From a virus (lineage: Duplodnaviria > Caudoviricetes), in the IMG/VR virus record IMGVR_UViG_3300037423_000420, positions 1-35,847 of that record: a DNA stretch of 35,847 bases, one strand, 5' to 3'. The notes below the pieces were generated by a model. The model had not been told where the DNA came from and did no database searches. It worked only from the letters and a program-made list of their open reading frames with translations. The position numbers and the translations under genes were made by a program. Within the stretch, counting starts at the first letter, position 1. Each line of letters starts with the position of its first letter. This document shows positions 33,294-35,847 of this stretch, piece after piece.

Positions 33294-35045
33294 ATGGCAA
33301 CTATCCACGACCTCACCCAAGGCAGCCCCGAGTGGCAGCAATACCGCCTCGAGAAGTTCGGCGCCAGCGAGGCGGCCGCGATGCTGGGCATCTCGTCGCT
33401 GGTCAAACGCAATGAGCTGCTGCACATGAAGGCGACCGGCACCGCGCAGGAGTTCAGCGACTGGGTGCAGAAGCACATCCTGGACTACGGCCACCACGTT
33501 GAAGCGCTGGCGCGCCCGCTGGTCGAAGACCTGATCGGCGAAGACCTGTACCCGGTCACCTGCTCGGACGGGCGCCTGTCGGCGTCCTGCGACGGCCTGA
33601 CCATGGGCGAAGACATCGCCTTCGAGCATAAGCAGTGGAACGCTGCGCTGGCCGAGGCGATCGCCTCCGGCCAGCTGCCGGACGAGTACATGCCGCAGCC
33701 GCAGCAGATCATGATGGTCACCGGCTGCAAGAAGGTCGTTTTCGTGTGCTCGGACGGCACGCTCGACAATTTCGTGTACCTGTGGGTGCTGCCGGATGCG
33801 GTCTGGCAGGAGCGCATCCGCGCCGGCTGGACGCAGTTCGAAGCGGACTTGGCCACCTACCAGCACGTCGAAGTGCTGCCGGCGCCGGTCGCCGCCGCGG
33901 TGCAGGACCTGCCGGCCCTGTCGATCCGCGTCGACGGCCAGCTGACCCTGAACCACAACCTGGTGCTGTTCGGGGAGCGCCTGCAGTCCTTCATCGCCGA
34001 CATCGACACGAATCCGAGCGACGACCAGGCCTTCGCCGATGCCGAGCAGGCCATCAAGGTGATGGAGCGCGCCGAGAACGCGCTGGGCGCCGCCGAGGCC
34101 TCGGCACTGGGCCAGGTTTCGGCAGTCGACGAGATGGTGCGCACTGTGGCCAGCTACAAAGAGCTGGCCCGCAAGACCCGCCTGATGCTGGAAAAGGTGG
34201 TCAAGGCGCGCAAAGAGACCATCCGGGTCGAGATCCAGCAGTCCGGCAAAGACCGTGCGGTCGCCCACATCGCCGCGCTGAACACGCGCCTGGGCAAGCC
34301 GTACATGCCGGCGATCGCCGTGGACTTCGCCGGAGTCATGAAGGGCAAGAAGACCGTCACCAGCCTGCGCGATGCGGTCGACACCGAGCTGGCGCGCTTC
34401 AAGATTGAGGCAAACGCCGTGGCCGACCGCATCCAGGTCAATCTGACCACGTTGCGCGAACTGGCCGGCGCGCATGCCTTCCTGTTCGCTGACACGCCGT
34501 CCATCGTGCTGAAGGATGCCGACGATCTGACAGCCCTGGTCAAGATGCGCATCGCAGAACACGAGCAGGCTGAAGCCGCGAAGGCGGAAGCGCTACGGGC
34601 TCGAATCGCCGAGGAAGAGCGCGTCAAGGCCGAAGCGGCGGAGCGCGCACGCGTCGCAGCCGAGACGAAGCGTCAGTTGGACGAGCAGGCCGCTGCCGTC
34701 GCCGCGGCTCGAGCGCAGGAAGAGGCTGCCGCACGCTCCGTCGCTGCCAGCACCGCGCCGGCGCCGGCCTCGGCCGTCGAGTTCCATCCGGCTGCGCCGG
34801 CCCAGGTGACGCCGATCGAAGCCGCGCGCGCTGCAGCGCCGGCCGACGAGCCCCTGCTGCGCCTCGGCCAGATCAACGAGCGCCTGGCGCCGATCACGCT
34901 GACGGCCGAAGGCCTGGCGCGCCTGGGCTTCGCTCACGCGCTGACCGACAAGGCGGCGAAGTTGTACCGTGAATCGGACTTCGTCCGCATCTGCGCCGCG
35001 CTGCAGCGTCATCTCGTCGCCGTATCCCAGGCGAAGGCCGCGTGA
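33294..35045 (+). CDS. YqaJ/lambda-exonuclease-family nuclease with long coiled-coil C-terminal extension
   Basis: QGSPEW..YR...GASEAAAMLG, GHHVE, SASCDG, FEHK, Y..Q.QQ. Confidence 0.88.
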   Translation: MATIHDLTQGSPEWQQYRLEKFGASEAAAMLGISSLVKRNELLHMKATGTAQEFSDWVQKHILDYGHHVEALARPLVEDLIGEDLYPVTCSDGRLSASCDGLTMGEDIAFEHKQWNAALAEAIASGQLPDEYMPQPQQIMMVTGCKKVVFVCSDGTLDNFVYLWVLPDAVWQERIRAGWTQFEADLATYQHVEVLPAPVAAAVQDLPALSIRVDGQLTLNHNLVLFGERLQSFIADIDTNPSDDQAFADAEQAIKVMERAENALGAAEASALGQVSAVDEMVRTVASYKELARKTRLMLEKVVKARKETIRVEIQQSGKDRAVAHIAALNTRLGKPYMPAIAVDFAGVMKGKKTVTSLRDAVDTELARFKIEANAVADRIQVNLTTLRELAGAHAFLFADTPSIVLKDADDLTALVKMRIAEHEQAEAAKAEALRARIAEEERVKAEAAERARVAAETKRQLDEQAAAVAAARAQEEAAARSVAASTAPAPASAVEFHPAAPAQVTPIEAARAAAPADEPLLRLGQINERLAPITLTAEGLARLGFAHALTDKAAKLYRESDFVRICAALQRHLVAVSQAKAA

Positions 35046-35046
35046 C

Positions 35047-35301
35047 ATGGCCGGCCAGCGCGCCTTCCTGTGGACGATCCTGCGCTGCCGCGAGCAGGAC
35101 TTCCAGCGCTTCCTAGGTGTCGACGGCGAGAAGGCGGCCGCCAGCCGCGTGAAGGAGCTGTGCGAAGTCGGCTCGCGCGCGGAGCTGGACCGCGACCCGG
35201 CCGCCGAGCGGCGCTGGAACGAACGCATCCGGCGCGCCTACCTGAATTACCAGCAGCAGAACCACCCTACCCCCAACCACAACCAGGACCAGGAGATGTA
35301 A
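35047..35301 (+). CDS. Hypothetical protein
   Basis: C.E..FQRFL...LCEVGSRAELD pattern; fits the operon. Confidence 0.7.
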   Translation: MAGQRAFLWTILRCREQDFQRFLGVDGEKAAASRVKELCEVGSRAELDRDPAAERRWNERIRRAYLNYQQQNHPTPNHNQDQEM

Positions 35302-35306
35302 CCACT

Positions 35307-35834
35307 ATGTTCGACCTCGACCAGACCGTAAAACTCGCCAACGTCAACCCGCGCGCGGAGAAGCACGGCGAAGACACCAAACCCGCTCTCGACCTCAAGA
35401 TCGAAGCCATGTGCCCCAGCAGCGCCCTGATCCACTTCCACAGCGAGCTGCGCCACCACCTGTTCAAGAAGGACGAGAACCCCGACCTGGTCGACCAGGT
35501 GACCGAGGGCGACGGCCTGACCCAGCTGCGCTACCCGAAGATGGGCGCGATCAAATGGGACTGGGAAGGCATGGGCTACACCGCGGAAGTCGATTACGGC
35601 CTGGGCGGCGCCAGCAACATCGTGCTCGAGGACGTGAAGCTGGACCACTTCTGCTTCGAGCCCCAGAACGGCGGGTCTGTCGCGATCACCTTCCGGATGA
35701 CCGTGCACGCGACCGCCGACGACGTCGGCAAGCTGTGCGAATTCATCCAGCGCGACATCGAGCTGAAGCTGACGCCGCCGGAGGCGAAGACCGCCGACGA
35801 CCTGTTCCCGGACAACATGCGGAAGGCGGCCTGA
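35307..35834 (+). CDS. Hypothetical protein
   Basis: AGGAG upstream; NVNPRAEKHGED..PALDLK; strong codon bias. Confidence 0.75.
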   Translation: MFDLDQTVKLANVNPRAEKHGEDTKPALDLKIEAMCPSSALIHFHSELRHHLFKKDENPDLVDQVTEGDGLTQLRYPKMGAIKWDWEGMGYTAEVDYGLGGASNIVLEDVKLDHFCFEPQNGGSVAITFRMTVHATADDVGKLCEFIQRDIELKLTPPEAKTADDLFPDNMRKAA

Positions 35835-35847
35835 TCATGGCGCGCGC
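35676..35847. repeat. Terminal direct repeat, right copy
   Basis: Matches 1-172. Confidence 0.97.

Noticed and set aside
35676-35847. Physical direct terminal repeats of the virion DNA
   Set aside because: The repeat falls mid-gene, far from terS, and the exact part is 127 bp, consistent with an assembly overlap.
1-35847. CRISPR array, diversity-generating retroelement, retron, IS element or invertible tail cassette
   Set aside because: No repeat-spacer array, reverse transcriptase, transposase or serine invertase was recognised.

Overview
The window looks like a complete temperate phage genome, about 35.7 kb and GC-rich, in its circular (excised) form. Positions 1-172 repeat at 35676-35847, giving a unit length of about 35,675 bp. 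Architecture is lambdoid with P22-like podovirus morphogenesis genes. The + strand carries the early-left arm (RecT-like, YqaJ exonuclease, a stand-alone DndC/PAPS-reductase-like protein, an ASCH-like protein, AlpA excisionase), then an intact attP with a tRNA-Leu-like 3' core and a P4-type tyrosine integrase. The - strand carries cro, replication genes with an iteron origin, a Tad2/DUF2829 fusion, a RuvC-like resolvase, a Q-like gene, the late promoter, terminase, portal, scaffold, coat, ejection, tail hub and tailspike genes, and a holin/GH73 endolysin/embedded spanin cassette. A cI-cro switch with readable 17-bp operators and PR/PL promoters lies at 29.5-31.6 kb. A Burkholderiales host is only an impression from GC content and protein style. 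The least explained parts are: (i) a cassette downstream of cI ending in a structured ~400-nt element with an unannotated TisB/DinQ-like peptide and an antisense hairpin; (ii) a Tad2 fused to an extra N-terminal domain; (iii) an orphan DndC-like enzyme; (iv) a TM + HEPN-like moron; (v) a [DE]RR-repeat micropeptide. All family assignments come from motif recognition by eye; no searches were run.
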